In this document: positions 11,675 through 23,800 of the stretch, piece by piece
Position numbering within the stretch: position 1 is the first letter of the stretch
Layout of the letters: the number at the start of each line of letters is the position of its first letter
NCBI RefSeq assembly: GCF_051903065.1
Contig: NZ_CP178438.1
Source of the DNA: Escherichia coli
GTDB lineage: Bacteria; Pseudomonadota; Gammaproteobacteria; Enterobacterales; Enterobacteriaceae
Strand: one strand, 5' to 3'
DNA length: 64,000 bases
The notes under the pieces: model-generated
What the model was told of the DNA's origin: nothing
What the model saw: the letters and a program-made list of their open reading frames with translations, nothing else
Database searches by the model: none
Program-made: the position numbers and the translations under genes

Positions 11675-12199
11675 ATGACACAACCTCTTTTTCTGATTGG
11701 GCCTCGGGGCTGTGGTAAAACAACGGTCGGAATGGCCCTTGCCGATTCGCTTAACCGTCGGTTTGTCGATACCGATCAGTGGTTGCAATCACAGCTCAAT
11801 ATGACGGTCGCGGAGATCGTCGAAAGGGAAGAGTGGGCGGGATTTCGCGCCAGAGAAACGGCGGCGCTGGAAGCGGTAACTGCGCCATCCACCGTTATCG
11901 CTACAGGCGGCGGCATTATTCTGACGGAATTTAATCGTCACTTCATGCAAAATAACGGGATCGTGGTTTATTTGTGTGCGCCAGTATCAGTCCTGGTTAA
12001 CCGACTGCAAGCTGCACCGGAAGAAGATTTACGGCCAACCTTAACGGGAAAACCGCTGAGCGAAGAAGTTCAGGAAGTGCTGGAAGAACGCGATGCGCTA
12101 TATCGTGAAGTTGCGCATATTATCATCGACGCAACAAACGAACCCAGCCAGGTGATTTCTGAAATTCGCAGCGCCCTGGCACAGACGATCAATTGTTGA
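11675..12199 (+). CDS. aroL: Shikimate kinase II
   Basis: 174 aa; P-loop GPRGCGKTT. Confidence 0.95.
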
Positions 12200-12239
12200 T
12201 TTTCGAGCGCCTATACTTAACGTTCATCCCGTGAAATAA

Positions 12240-12440
<201 letters not shown>

Positions 12441-12697
12441 CCGCATCAGACTGCTCGGAAGGGATTCTGAGTGCCACTACAAGGGATCTGCGTCACATTT
12501 TTCATAATTCATGTTTTTCAAATAATTAGAATATTAAACAATAACAATCCATTACTGGAATCATTTGGAATCTTTACATTATGCCGTGCACGTCTGCTGC
12601 TACGCTTTTTGTCATTTGTAGCACAAGTAAGTGTCAGCAGTGGTGCTTAACACTTGCCCGGTAATTAACGACGAAATAAAAGTAAGGTGGAAGAACA

Positions 12698-13375
12698 ATG
12701 AGTGCGTCGTTGGCGATTCTAACCATCGGCATTGTACCTATGCAGGAAGTTTTGCCGCTCCTGACAGAATACATTGACGAAGATAATATTTCCCATCATA
12801 GCCTGCTGGGGAAGTTAAGCCGCGAAGAAGTGATGGCGGAGTACGCGCCAGAAGCAGGCGAAGACACAATTCTCACATTATTAAATGACAACCATTTGGT
12901 CCATGTTTCGCGTCGCAAAGTAGAGCGTGACCTGCAAGGTGTGGTTGAAGTGCTCGATAATCAGGGCTACGACGTCATTATATTAATGAGTACGGCAAAC
13001 ATTAGTAGTATGACTGCGCGTAATACGATCTTTCTTGAGCCGTCGCGGATATTGCCACCGCTGGTTTCCTCTATTGTTGAAGATCATCAGGTGGGGGTTA
13101 TCGTACCGGTTGAGGAGTTGCTGACCGTTCAGGCGCAAAAATGGCAAATTTTGCAGAAACCGCCGGTATTTTCATTGGGTAACCCCATTCATGATTCAGA
13201 ACAAAAAATCATTGATGCCGGGAAAGAATTACTGGCGAAAGGCGCAGATGTCATCATGCTGGATTGTTTGGGATTTAACCAGCGTCATCGCGATTTACTG
13301 CAAAAACAGCTCGATGTTCCTGTCTTGCTCTCTAACGTATTGATTGCACGGCTGGCTGCGGAATTACTGGTGTAA
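12698..13375 (+). CDS. aroM: AroM family protein
   Basis: 225-aa ORF; synteny. Confidence 0.85.
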   Translation: MSASLAILTIGIVPMQEVLPLLTEYIDEDNISHHSLLGKLSREEVMAEYAPEAGEDTILTLLNDNHLVHVSRRKVERDLQGVVEVLDNQGYDVIILMSTANISSMTARNTIFLEPSRILPPLVSSIVEDHQVGVIVPVEELLTVQAQKWQILQKPPVFSLGNPIHDSEQKIIDAGKELLAKGADVIMLDCLGFNQRHRDLLQKQLDVPVLLSNVLIARLAAELLV

Positions 13376-13446
13376 TTTTGCGTGACAGCCAGCGCATCTG
13401 GCCCCTATAGTGAAGTAGATGTTCAACTACCAGACAGGGCCAGTTT

Positions 13447-13731
13447 ATGCTTCAAAGTAATGAGTACTTTTCCGGCAAAGTGAAATCGATCGGCTTTTCC
13501 AGCAGCAGCACTGGTCGCGCCAGCGTGGGTGTTATGGTTGAAGGCGAATACACCTTCAGCACCGCTGAGCCGGAAGAGATGACGGTAATCAGTGGCGCGC
13601 TGAATGTGTTACTGCCTGACGCGACCGACTGGCAAGTGTATGAAGCCGGTTCGGTGTTTAATGTTCCCGGTCACAGTGAGTTTCATCTGCAAGTTGCCGA
13701 ACCCACCTCTTATCTGTGCCGCTATCTGTAA
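13447..13731 (+). CDS. ppnP: Pyrimidine/purine nucleoside phosphorylase PpnP (YaiE)
   Basis: 94-aa cupin-like ORF; synteny. Confidence 0.85.
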
Positions 13732-15001
13732 TTCCTCGCCTTCCCCTTGAACGGGAGGGCATTTTTCTGAAATATCCTCTCTTTAACCCATAATAATATT
13801 TCCTTTGCTGCGATTTTTTCAATTTCCGATATATTCATAATTCATCAAGGTTGATATCAATATCATTGAAGATTATGAATAGAATTAATATATTGGTCAT
13901 CTGTATGGTCGTGTTTTTTATGACTGGCAATGCATGTGCCACAGAGTGGATCAGTAGCGAGGACCTTATCACCTCTGACTTTCATCTTATGACGGCAGAT
14001 GAGCGCAACGTGGTTAAAGCGGCAACCGACGATAGTATGGAAGCTGCTTATATGCTAAAAGATAATATCCGCTGGTATTATCATAATGGTAACCTATCAT
14101 TACCCGCTAACTTCAGCAATCAAAATAAACTGGTGGTGAACGGTAATTTAACGATTTCCGGCGATTATGATGATTATCTGTCAGGTAATGGTCATCTGAT
14201 TGTATTAGGTAATGTTATTGTCGATAACTTTATTAATCATGATTTCGCGTATGTCAAAGGACAGATGACAGCGAAAGGTTTAGTTTATGCTGATTACAAT
14301 GATCACAACTTTGAAGTGATGAAGGGAATTAGCGCGCGAGGCATTATTGTTTCCGATAAAGCAACGCAATTTGAGGTCATCAAAGCTGAGTTTTATATCA
14401 ATGAAGATGAAAGCGGTGAAGGATATAACTGGGATGAGAATATTCAAAAAGCCTATTCACTGGTGACTGCCGATCTTTATGATCACACTGAAATCGAAAC
14501 CGATAACATTTCCAATGCGTATCCTGACTATGATAGCGTCGCAGACAACATCGTTCAGGGTTTACCTCTTTTTTGCGATAAAGCCGCTCCTGAAATTAAT
14601 GAGAAATTAAAATGGATTGAAACGGGGAAACTCGATAATTTCCCAGCGAATAAAATAAAGCATCAAGATCCACTGGTGGCACGTTTTCTGACTCATACAG
14701 AGAGTTTATCACCCGCCGTTATGCTGCAACTGTTACAGCACCCCGATGACCAGACGCGTGAATCGATGGCGCAGTCCTGGCCCGCTCAACAGATGCATTT
14801 GCTTACCGATGAATTAATTAAAGATGAGGCTGTTGCCAGAGGGCTGGTTAAAAACAGTAATATTTCCGCCGATGTGAATAAAAAATTAATGTCTGTACCC
14901 GTCGAGAGCGTACAGCTGGAGCAGGCCAGACAGGATAATCTTTCTCCAGATATTGTTGCGTCGTTAAGTCATAGCCCCTTTCTCAGTGTACGCAAGACAT
15001 T

Positions 15002-15010
15002 ACTCAGCCA
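15002..15010. repeat. IS1 target-site duplication, left copy (actcagcca)
   Basis: Identical 9-mer directly flanks both IS1 ends. Confidence 0.9.
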
Positions 15011-15065
15011 GGTGATGCTGCCAACTTACTGATTTAGTGTATGATGGTGTTTTTGAGGTGCTCCA

Positions 15066-15341
15066 GTGGCTTCTGTTTCTATCAGCTGTCCCTCCTGTTC
15101 AGCTACTGACGGGGTGGTGCGTAACGGCAAAAGCACCGCCGGACATCAGCGCTATCTCTGCTCTCACTGCCGTAAAACATGGCAACTGCAGTTCACTTAC
15201 ACCGCTTCTCAACCCGGTACGCACCAGAAAATCATTGATATGGCCATGAATGGCGTTGGATGCCGGGCAACAGCCCGCATTATGGGCGTTGGCCTCAACA
15301 CGATTTTACGTCACTTAAAAAACTCAGGCCGCAGTCGGTAA
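15066..15341 (+). CDS. insA: IS1 InsA (transposition inhibitor)
   Basis: 91-aa [43 protein letters not shown]... recognised. Confidence 0.9.
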
Positions 15342-15763
15342 CCTCGCGCATACAGCCGGGCAGTGACGTCATCGTCTGCGCGGAAATGGACGAACAGTGG
15401 GGCTATGTCGGGGCTAAATCGCGCCAGCGCTGGCTGTTTTACGCGTATGACAGGCTCCGGAAGACGGTTGTTGCGCACGTATTCGGTGAACGCACTATGG
15501 CGACGCTGGGGCGTCTTATGAGCCTGCTGTCACCCTTTGACGTGGTGATATGGATGACGGATGGCTGGCCGCTGTATGAATCCCGCCTGAAGGGAAAGCT
15601 GCACGTAATCAGCAAGCGATATACGCAGCGAATTGAGCGGCATAACCTGAATCTGAGGCAGCACCTGGCACGGCTGGGACGGAAGTCGCTGTCGTTCTCA
15701 AAATCGGTGGAGCTGCATGACAAAGTCATCGGGCATTATCTGAACATAAAACACTATCAATAA
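15260..15763 (+). CDS. insB: IS1 InsB frame (expressed as the InsAB' transposase by -1 frameshift)
   Basis: 167-aa ORF in the -1 frame relative to insA, overlapping its 3' end. Confidence 0.85.
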
Positions 15764-15778
15764 GTTGGAGTCATTACC

Positions 15779-15787
15779 ACTCAGCCA
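15779..15787. repeat. IS1 target-site duplication, right copy (actcagcca)
   Basis: Identical to 15002-15010. Confidence 0.9.
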
Positions 15788-16927
15788 TTACGATTACGCC
15801 TGGCTGGTTCCGACTGCAGTGGCCGATGAGTTGATAAATAACGAAGACCCGGAGTTACGTGAAAGAATTACCGGAGCAGATTTAACCGCACAACAAGCAG
15901 TGATGTTGAGTAAAGATAAATCACTGAAAGTTCGTGAAGCATTAGCCCGGACGCTTACTGAATTAAAAATTACCCAACTGTCAGCAACCCTGCGTACAGA
16001 GGATATTGAACGTATCGCAGAACAAATGTATCTGGATAATAAAGAAAATAAAAATATCGTAAAAGCGTTATTGATAGCGTTGCCGGAGATGCGTCAACTG
16101 TCTCTGGCAAAAGAAGATGTGCACAATTTGCGCGAAGGTGCGCGTTATCTGACATCGAAGGACGTGATTAGTTATCTATTGACTCAGCATGATGTTCCCA
16201 CCGTCTGGGATGAGCTGGCACGCGATAAATTATTGCCGCTGGAATATAAGAAACAGTTATGGCAACGCACATTAAATTTAATGATGAGCAAACGGCAAGA
16301 AGATCAAGAGCAAGCCTACGAAGTACAGCTGGCGCTGATTGATAATGGTGTTGTTGACGAAGAGATGTTAAATAATGCCATTGATTTACTGGTTGATTTA
16401 CCCGCTGAATACCGCTATCGAATGCGTAACCAATTATTTGATAATAAAGATTTACCTTCCGGAATTATCAACAAACTCGATCAACAGTATCGCTTCAACT
16501 CTGACTGGGCGCTGTCTGTTGACAGTATGAAAAATAGCACCCGTAGGCAAAGTGAAAGAGGATTACACCGCTGGAACCGTGAGGATAGCGATATTTTTGC
16601 GGAACTGGCGACGATAAAAGATAAATCAGATGATGAATGGTGGCGTGCATTGCTGCAAAGTCGCAATGATCATTTGCGCCAAACGGCATTACGCAACGCA
16701 CATACCCCGGCGTCGTTGTTAACGACATTGACTGAGCCTCAGGATCGGTCGCTGGCTATTAATAATCCACAGCTGGCTGCCGATGTGAAAACGGCGTGGT
16801 TAAAAGAGGATCCATCATTACTCTTATTTGTCGAACAACCCGATCTTTCGCTGTTACGTGATTTAGTGAAAACCGGGGCAACGCGGAAAATTCGCAGTGA
16901 AGCGCGTCACCGGCTTGAGGAAAAACA

Positions 16928-17383
16928 ATGACACAACGTCCATGGAGCAAGTTACAGCGGGAGATCTATGACTTACTGACGCCAACGATCAACCTGCAAA
17001 TTCACTGTACCCGTTATCCCATGCGCAGCCAAAATGGTGGAAGCACCGATTTACCGCGTTATTGGATCACGTTGGATAAAAACGTGATCTGGGATTACCC
17101 GAAAGACTTTATTGCAGGTAACGGTGGAGTGCGTAATTTTCACGGTGAAACTTGCTGGTATCCTTACCTGACGGATATTTGTTCAATTTCTGATTTATTG
17201 CGTGAATATATTGATACCCCAAAAGCGGAGCTGTTAACAAAACAATTTACCAGCGATAAATGGGGGTTAGTGAATATTCTGCGTGCTGCTGACAGGCGAA
17301 TAGGGATGAGGCGATTAGATCAGTTACGGCGTAAAACGCATAATATTGCTGCGCTAAAAATTATTGCCCGCCGTAGCGAATAA
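16928..17383 (+). CDS. Hypothetical 151-aa protein, translationally coupled to the IS1-interrupted gene
   Basis: Start overlaps upstream stop (ATGA at 16928-16931); no family recognised. Confidence 0.55.
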   Translation: MTQRPWSKLQREIYDLLTPTINLQIHCTRYPMRSQNGGSTDLPRYWITLDKNVIWDYPKDFIAGNGGVRNFHGETCWYPYLTDICSISDLLREYIDTPKAELLTKQFTSDKWGLVNILRAADRRIGMRRLDQLRRKTHNIAALKIIARRSE

Positions 17384-17408
17384 TTATATCCCTGGTATGG
17401 CTTCGTAC

Positions 17409-17441
17409 GCCGGATAAGACGCGGCAGGCGTCGCATCCGGC
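17409..17441. repeat. REP (repetitive extragenic palindrome) element
   Basis: gccggataagacgcggcaggcgtcgcatccggc, typical E. coli REP. Confidence 0.65.
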
Positions 17442-17460
17442 ATTAAAGGAAAATCAGCAA

Positions 17461-18372
17461 TTAACGTTGTGCTTCGCCACCTAATCCTTCAATCAGGTTT
17501 TGAATTAACGCTGCCAGTTCACCAGTCATCAGGATGAAATCGGCATCAAAACGCTGGGCGAAATCTTCACGGTCGATATCTTCGTTTTGATCGCGCAGCT
17601 CGTCGCAGAACTTCAGACGCTTGAGCGAACCATCGTCGCACATCACAAACTGAATGCGCTGCTGCCAGTCGAGCGCCAGTTTAGTCACCACTTTTCCGGC
17701 TTCAATGTGATTGGTGATCTCTTCGCTGGTCAGATCTTGTTTCTTCGCGCGGATCACTCCGCCATCTTCCAGCAACGATTTCAGCTCGGCTTCATCAAGC
17801 AGCTGGAAGCCCTGTGCCGCACTACCGGAACGTACCCATTCGGTCAGCGTCAGTTCAATCGGGTTTTCCATGCTCAATGGTACAACCGGTAACGACCCCA
17901 GGCTTTTACGCAGCAGTGCCAGCGTATCTTCCGCTTTTTTGGCACTGGCGCAGTCCACCATAATCAAACCGTTAACCGTGTCGATCCACATCATTGTCTG
18001 GCTAAAACGGCTGAAAGCACGCGGCAACAGAGAGTGCAGCACTTCGTCTTTCAGCGAATCTTTTTCGGTTTTCTTCAGCTTACGCGCCTGTTCCGCTTCC
18101 AGTTTGGCGATTTTCGCTTCCAGCGCCTGTTTAATCACCGGAGACGGTAGGATTTTTTCTTCTTTGCGCGCGCAGATAACAATTTGACCATTGGCAACGT
18201 GCGTTAACGCATCGCTGTGCGATCCCATCGGAGGAACCCAGCCCATCTTCGCCATGTCCTGGCTGCCGCATGGGGTAAATGCCATCGAGGCTAGCTGTTT
18301 TTCCATCTCTTCTGCACGCAGCGAAATCTCGCGGCTAAGACGGTAAACCATTAAATTTTTGAACCACAGCAT
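17461..18372 (-). CDS. rdgC: Recombination-associated protein RdgC
   Basis: Trimmed to [12 protein letters not shown] start (303 aa); recognised sequence. Confidence 0.9.
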
Positions 18373-18496
18373 GATAATTTCCACGGCCTTGTCGTTAAAT
18401 TTAGCGGGCATGATAACGAATTGTCGGCGGCCTTGCATTGCCAATCCGGTTGTCCGTCTCTACGCTATTGATATTGAAAAAAATAAGGAGAGTACC

Positions 18497-19405
18497 GTGC
18501 GTATAGGTATCGATTTAGGCGGCACCAAAACTGAAGTGATTGCACTGGGCGATGCAGGGGAGCAGTTGTACCGCCATCGTCTGCCCACGCCGCGTGATGA
18601 TTACCGGCAGACTATTGAAACGATCGCCACGTTGGTTGATATGGCGGAGCAGGCGACGTGGCAGCGCGGAACGGTAGGTATGGGCATTCCTGGCTCAATT
18701 TCGCCTTACACCGGTGTGGTGAAGAATGCCAATTCAACCTGGCTCAACGGTCAGCCATTCGATAAAGACTTAAGCGCGAGGTTGCAGCGGGAAGTGCGGC
18801 TGGCAAATGACGCCAACTGTCTGGCGGTTTCAGAAGCAGTAGATGGCGCGGCAGCGGGAGCGCAGACGGTATTTGCCGTGATTATCGGCACGGGATGCGG
18901 CGCGGGCGTGGCATTCAATGGGCGGGCGCATATCGGCGGCAATGGCACGGCAGGTGAGTGGGGACACAATCCGCTACCGTGGATGGACGAAGACGAACTG
19001 CGTTATCGCGAGGAAGTCCCTTGTTATTGCGGTAAACAAGGTTGTATTGAAACCTTTATTTCGGGCACGGGATTCGCGACGGATTATCGTCGTTTGAGCG
19101 GACATGCGCTGAAAGGCAGTGAAATTATCCGCCTGGTTGAAGAAAACGATCCGGTAGCGGAACTGGCATTGCGTCGCTACGAGCTGCGGCTGGCAAAATC
19201 GCTGGCACATGTCGTGAATATTCTCGATCCGGATGTGATTGTCCTGGGGGGCGGGATGAGCAATGTAGACCGTTTATATCAAACGGTTCCGCAGTTGATT
19301 AAACAATTTGTCTTCGGCGGCGAATGTGAAACGCCGGTGCGTAAGGCGAAGCACGGTGATTCCAGCGGCGTACGCGGCGCTGCGTGGTTATGGCCACAAG
19401 AGTAA
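18497..19405 (+). CDS. mak: Fructokinase/manno(fructo)kinase Mak (ROK family), GTG start
   Basis: [17 protein letters not shown]-terminus; SD aaggag at 18485-18490; the upstream ATG extension overlaps rdgC and is rejected. Confidence 0.9.
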   Translation: MRIGIDLGGTKTEVIALGDAGEQLYRHRLPTPRDDYRQTIETIATLVDMAEQATWQRGTVGMGIPGSISPYTGVVKNANSTWLNGQPFDKDLSARLQREVRLANDANCLAVSEAVDGAAAGAQTVFAVIIGTGCGAGVAFNGRAHIGGNGTAGEWGHNPLPWMDEDELRYREEVPCYCGKQGCIETFISGTGFATDYRRLSGHALKGSEIIRLVEENDPVAELALRRYELRLAKSLAHVVNILDPDVIVLGGGMSNVDRLYQTVPQLIKQFVFGGECETPVRKAKHGDSSGVRGAAWLWPQE

Positions 19406-19428
19406 AAAACCCAGGCAATTGGCGCATC

Positions 19429-19510
19429 ATGCCTGATGCGACGCTTGCCGCGTCTTATCAGGCCTACAAAATGTGCCAGAACCGCGTAGGGCGGATAAGG
19501 CGTTCACGCC
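19429..19510. repeat. BIME/REP cluster between mak and araJ
   Basis: gcctgatgcgacgcttgccgcgtcttatcaggcctac and ggcggataaggcgttcacgccgcatccggc. Confidence 0.65.
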
Positions 19511-19547
19511 GCATCCGGCAATAAGCAACGCGCTCCGTGACTGCAAT

Positions 19548-20732
19548 CTACCCCAGAGGTTTCGCCAGCACCGGAGTATCCGCCGCTTGCTGGCGCTTAT
19601 AGCGACCATACAGCAGCAATGATGACATCGCAGCAAACGAAAGCAGGGCGGCAGGCAGCGCCACGTAATTATATGCCAGCCCCAGCGTCAGCATCATACC
19701 TCCGCAATATGCGCCGACGGCGCTACCGAGGTTAAACGCTATTTGCCCACCTGCGGCACCTAATAACTCTCCGCCTTTGGCATTTTGCAGTAACAATATT
19801 TGCAGAGGTGCTGAAAGGGCAAATAATCCCGCGCAACAAATAAAAGCAAAAATAAGCGACGTTGTTTTCATGCCGCCGCAGAAAAAGAGCATCAGCAGTG
19901 CCAGTACAATGATAAAGTCAGTCACTGCTGCAATGCGCAGTGGTGAATAACGTCCTGAAATCCTGCCACTTAGCATATTTCCCAGCACCATCCCTAGCCC
20001 AACTAACATCATAATAAAGGTCATCGCCGTTTCCGAAAAACCGGAAATAAACATCATGTATGGCTTTACGTAGCTGAACCAGGCAAATACACCTGCGTTG
20101 CCAAACATGGTGGCGGCGAAAATTAACCACGGGGCCGGGCTGCGCAAAAAGTGAAATTGTTCGCGCAGCTTTCCTTTCGCCTCGTCGCGAATATCCGGCA
20201 CCCAAAAATAGACCGATGCCATCACCGCAATATTAAAAACAGCGATCAATAAAAAGGTGTAACGCCAGCTAAATTCCTGACTTAAATACGTTCCCAGCGG
20301 AATGCCCAGCAAATTGGCGACTGTCATCCCGGAAACCATCCCCGCCACGGCGGCGGTGACTTTTCCGGGTTTGATAATTTTTGATAACACGATCGCTCCG
20401 ACGCCAAAAAATGCGCCATGCGGAAAGCCGGAAACCAGGCGACCAATGGCAAGCATCAGGTAAGACGAAGAGAGCGTGAACATGGCGTTGCCAATGACGC
20501 ACAACGCCACCAGAAACAACAAGATATGTTTGAGTGAGTAGCGGCTGGAAAAGAGTGCGATTATTGGCGCACCGACCACCACCCCCAGCGCATAATACGA
20601 GATCATATGCCCGGCAGCAGGAATCGAAATTCCTACGTTATGCGCCAGCTCCGTGAGCACGCCCATAATGCCAAATTCGGCCATCCCCAAACCAAACGTG
20701 CCCAGAGCCAAAGATAAAATGACTTTTTTCAT
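19548..20732 (-). CDS. araJ: MFS transporter AraJ
   Basis: 12-TM MFS sequence; trimmed to MKKVILSLALG start (394 aa). Confidence 0.85.
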   Translation of the reverse strand: MKKVILSLALGTFGLGMAEFGIMGVLTELAHNVGISIPAAGHMISYYALGVVVGAPIIALFSSRYSLKHILLFLVALCVIGNAMFTLSSSYLMLAIGRLVSGFPHGAFFGVGAIVLSKIIKPGKVTAAVAGMVSGMTVANLLGIPLGTYLSQEFSWRYTFLLIAVFNIAVMASVYFWVPDIRDEAKGKLREQFHFLRSPAPWLIFAATMFGNAGVFAWFSYVKPYMMFISGFSETAMTFIMMLVGLGMVLGNMLSGRISGRYSPLRIAAVTDFIIVLALLMLFFCGGMKTTSLIFAFICCAGLFALSAPLQILLLQNAKGGELLGAAGGQIAFNLGSAVGAYCGGMMLTLGLAYNYVALPAALLSFAAMSSLLLYGRYKRQQAADTPVLAKPLG

Positions 20733-20857
20733 ACCACCATCACAACCACCAGAACGGCTACCAATCACCGTAGCCAATAAAGTGATAGCTTGCAGGATAA
20801 CGACCAGCAAGGCCAAGAGATAATTCGCCCCTCTGTATTCATTATTCTGCTGAATAG

Positions 20858-23800
20858 TCATTTCACCGCAAACGCGCTTTCCAGTTTGCTGTAGCCCAGA
20901 CCGTTGATCTTTTTCACTTTGATCTGCACCGGAATACGCTCTTTCATCGCTTCTACGTGGCTAATCACACCGATGGTTTTGCCACTGGCGTTCAGGGCAT
21001 CCAGCGCATCAAGGGCGGTATCCAGCGTTTCGCTATCCAGCGTGCCAAAACCTTCATCAAGGAACAGCGAGTCAATACGTGTTTTATGGCTGACCAGATC
21101 CGAAAGCGCCAGCGCCAGCGCCAGACTAACGAGGAAACTTTCGCCGCCGGAAAGGGTACGGGTATCGCGTACCGCATCTGCCTGCCAGGTATCAACAACC
21201 TCGACTTCCAGCGCCTCGCTGGCTTTGCGCTGTAACAGATAGCGCCCGTGCAGCCGGGTAAGTTGCTGATTAGCGAGATGGACTAAATTATCCAGCGTCA
21301 GCCCCTGGGCAAACTTGCGGAATTTATCGCCCTCTTTGGAACCTATTAGCGAATTCAGATATCCCCAGTCCTCAACCTGCTGCGTCATTTGAGCAATTTG
21401 CTGCATTAAGGTTTGTTGTTGCTGACGGTTATCTGCATCTTGCTTCAGCTGCTGGCGAATCTCGCCTTGACTCGTGGTGTTTTCACGCAACTTTTGGTGA
21501 GTTTGCGCTAACTCTTGCTGAATCTGCTCCACCGTCACAGTGAGAGCCAACCCGTCAGGTCGGTGTTGCTGATGCTGTGCCAGCGTTTCTGCTGTCTGAG
21601 TGACCAGCGTTTGCGCCTGACGGCGCTGGTTTTCCAGATTCTGCTTGAGCTGTTCCAGCTGCGTTAGTGTTTGTTCATCCATTAGCGCCGCAAGGAACGC
21701 CTGCTGATCGTCAAAGACGCTGGCCTGTAGCGCGGTGTCAAACTGCGCCTGGGCTTTTTGCAGACTTTGCGCCGCCAGAACGTCCTGTTGCTGTAATGTC
21801 TGCTGCTGGCTGTGTAATGCGAGACATTGTTCATGTACCTGCCGCCAGTTTTCCAGTACCACAGTTTCTTCGCAGTGCGGGAGTTCATCACTTTGCGGCA
21901 GCGTTTCCAGAATTGGCGTCAACTGCTGAATACGGTTTTGCAACTCGGTTAATTCGTTCTGGCGTAGTTGCCAGCTATGGGCTTCTTGCTGGCGCGCCGA
22001 CAACCAGCTCTCTTCTTCATCTTCCTGTGGCACTGTCAGTGCATAACCCGCCAATGCCGTTAAGAGCTGCTGCTGGCGTTGTTCAATTTGCTGTTGATAC
22101 TGGATAATTTGCTGATTATGCGCGGCAATCTGCCCTTGTAATTCATGTCGTTGGCTGAGTAACCGCAGCTGGCGTTCGTGCTCATCTTGTGCATCCAGCC
22201 ACGGTTGAATATCGTCCTGTGGCTGCAACGTGATATTGAGGCTGGCCGTGACGGCTTGCCATTGTTGAGTAAGTGCTTGCTCATCTTGTCGGAGGCTTTG
22301 CGCTTCGTTTTCATCACGCTGAAGCTGCTTTGTTAAGGCGTCCAGTTGCCCACGTAGCGTCGCACCTTCTTCACCGAGCTTTTTAACTTCGTTTTCCAGC
22401 GCCAGTAATCGAGACTGATTAACACCAGGCTCCAGCGCCTGATACGCCTCGACCGCCGGGTGGCTGGTGGAACCACAAAGTGGGCAAGGCTGACCCGCCT
22501 GTAACTGTGCACGTTGAGCTTCCAGCGTTTTGATGCGCGCTTCCTGCTCGCAAATGGTTTTGACATCGGCAAGTTGCTGCGTCTTTTCTTTATAACGCTG
22601 GCGCATTTCGTTAAGTGCGGCATTACGTTGCGTCTGTTCCAGAGTGACATTCTGGATAGTGACCATTAACTGCGCCAGACGTTTTTGTTGGGGAACAATC
22701 TGCCCATGCAGCGCGACCAGGCGCTGACGCAGTGGGCGTTGCTCGGCATGTTGCGCCAGGGCGCTAGCAACTTCATCGGCGGTTAACGTCAACGTGATCG
22801 CCGCAAGCGTATTAAGTTTTTGCTCAGCATGGGTTAACTGTTGCTGCCATTGCCGCAGATGCTCGCGATCGCTGGTTTGTTGGGAGAACTGCGCACGCCA
22901 ACCCGCCAGTTCGTTGTTCCACTGACGGAAGCGGTCGTGTTCCTGTAACCAGGTATTCAGGCTTTGTTGCTGCTGCTGTAATTCTGCTGACTGCTTCGCC
23001 GCGTGGTGGCGAATGCTCGCGCGAAGCGCCATTGTGCTCTGTAAGCGAGTATTTACTTCTTCAATCTGCTGGCGAGTATGCGCCAGCGCCGCGCTGTGTT
23101 CTGCGATGCGTTCCCAGTGCGGACGAAGATTTCGTGCCGGTTGTGCCAGACTGAGCGCCGCCAGTTGAGGTTGCGCTTTTTCTTCTTCGGCTAACGCCTG
23201 TTGCAAGGCCTGCTGACGGCGGCTGGCTTCTTGCTGCAATTCGTCCAGACGCGTTAACCAGTTTAGTGATTGTTGTTCTTGCTGCTGCGCGGTAATTAAC
23301 TGTTTTTCTTCGTCAGTAAGTACCTGCAAACTCGCTGTCAGCGATTGCACTTGTTCTGGCGTGAGCAACGCGACGCCGCTGGCCTGCGCTTGCAGCTTCT
23401 CCAGCTCAGTGCGGGCCGATTTGTGCTGCTCAAAAACCATCGCCGAGATTTGCCCGTAGATTTCAGTGCCGGTTAACTCCTCGAGCAATTCCGCGCGTTC
23501 TTTGGGTTTGGCATTCAGGAAGGCAGCAAATTGCCCCTGCGAAAGCAGCATCGAACGGGTGAAGCGCCCGTAATCCAGCCCGGTTAACGTCGCTGTCAGT
23601 TCCAGCTTATCTTTCACTTTGTCGGCGAGAATTTTGCCGTCGGCGCAGCGCGCCAGCTCTACGCGTGGCACCTGCAAATTACCGTCGGGTTGGTTACGCG
23701 CCCGATTCTGGCTCCAGAACGCGCGATACGCTTCACCTTTCACTTCAAACTCCACCTCCGCCAGACATTCGGCGGTATCGCGGGTCATGAGATCATTTTG

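Larger units (their letters stand above)
15011..15778 (+). mobile_element. Insertion sequence IS1, complete (768 bp)
   Basis: Terminal inverted repeats ggtgatgctgccaacttactgat ... gtcattacc; InsA and InsB reading frames; A6C frameshift motif ttaaaaaac at 15315-15323. Confidence 0.95.
13851..16931 (+). pseudogene. Gene for a ~760-aa predicted exported repeat protein, interrupted by IS1 (N-part 13851/13875-15010, C-part 15788-16931)
   Basis: Two collinear same-frame ORFs flank IS1; deleting IS1 plus one 9-bp duplication (777 bp = 259 codons) rejoins them in frame; signal-peptide-like N-terminus MNRINILVICMVVFFMTGNACA. Confidence 0.8.

Noticed and set aside
13732-13850. Search for the K-12 ykiA remnant expected between ppnP and rdgC
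   Set aside because: I could not recognise a ykiA-like frame by eye; the interval looks like promoter or leader for the inserted gene. Not called.
15037-15249. 70-aa alternative-frame ORF inside IS1
   Set aside because: Overlaps insA in another frame; not a known IS1 product.
17461-18444. ORF-track 327-aa version of rdgC with 24-codon N-terminal extension
   Set aside because: The extension overlaps the divergent mak promoter region; the recalled RdgC starts at MLWFKNL (18372).
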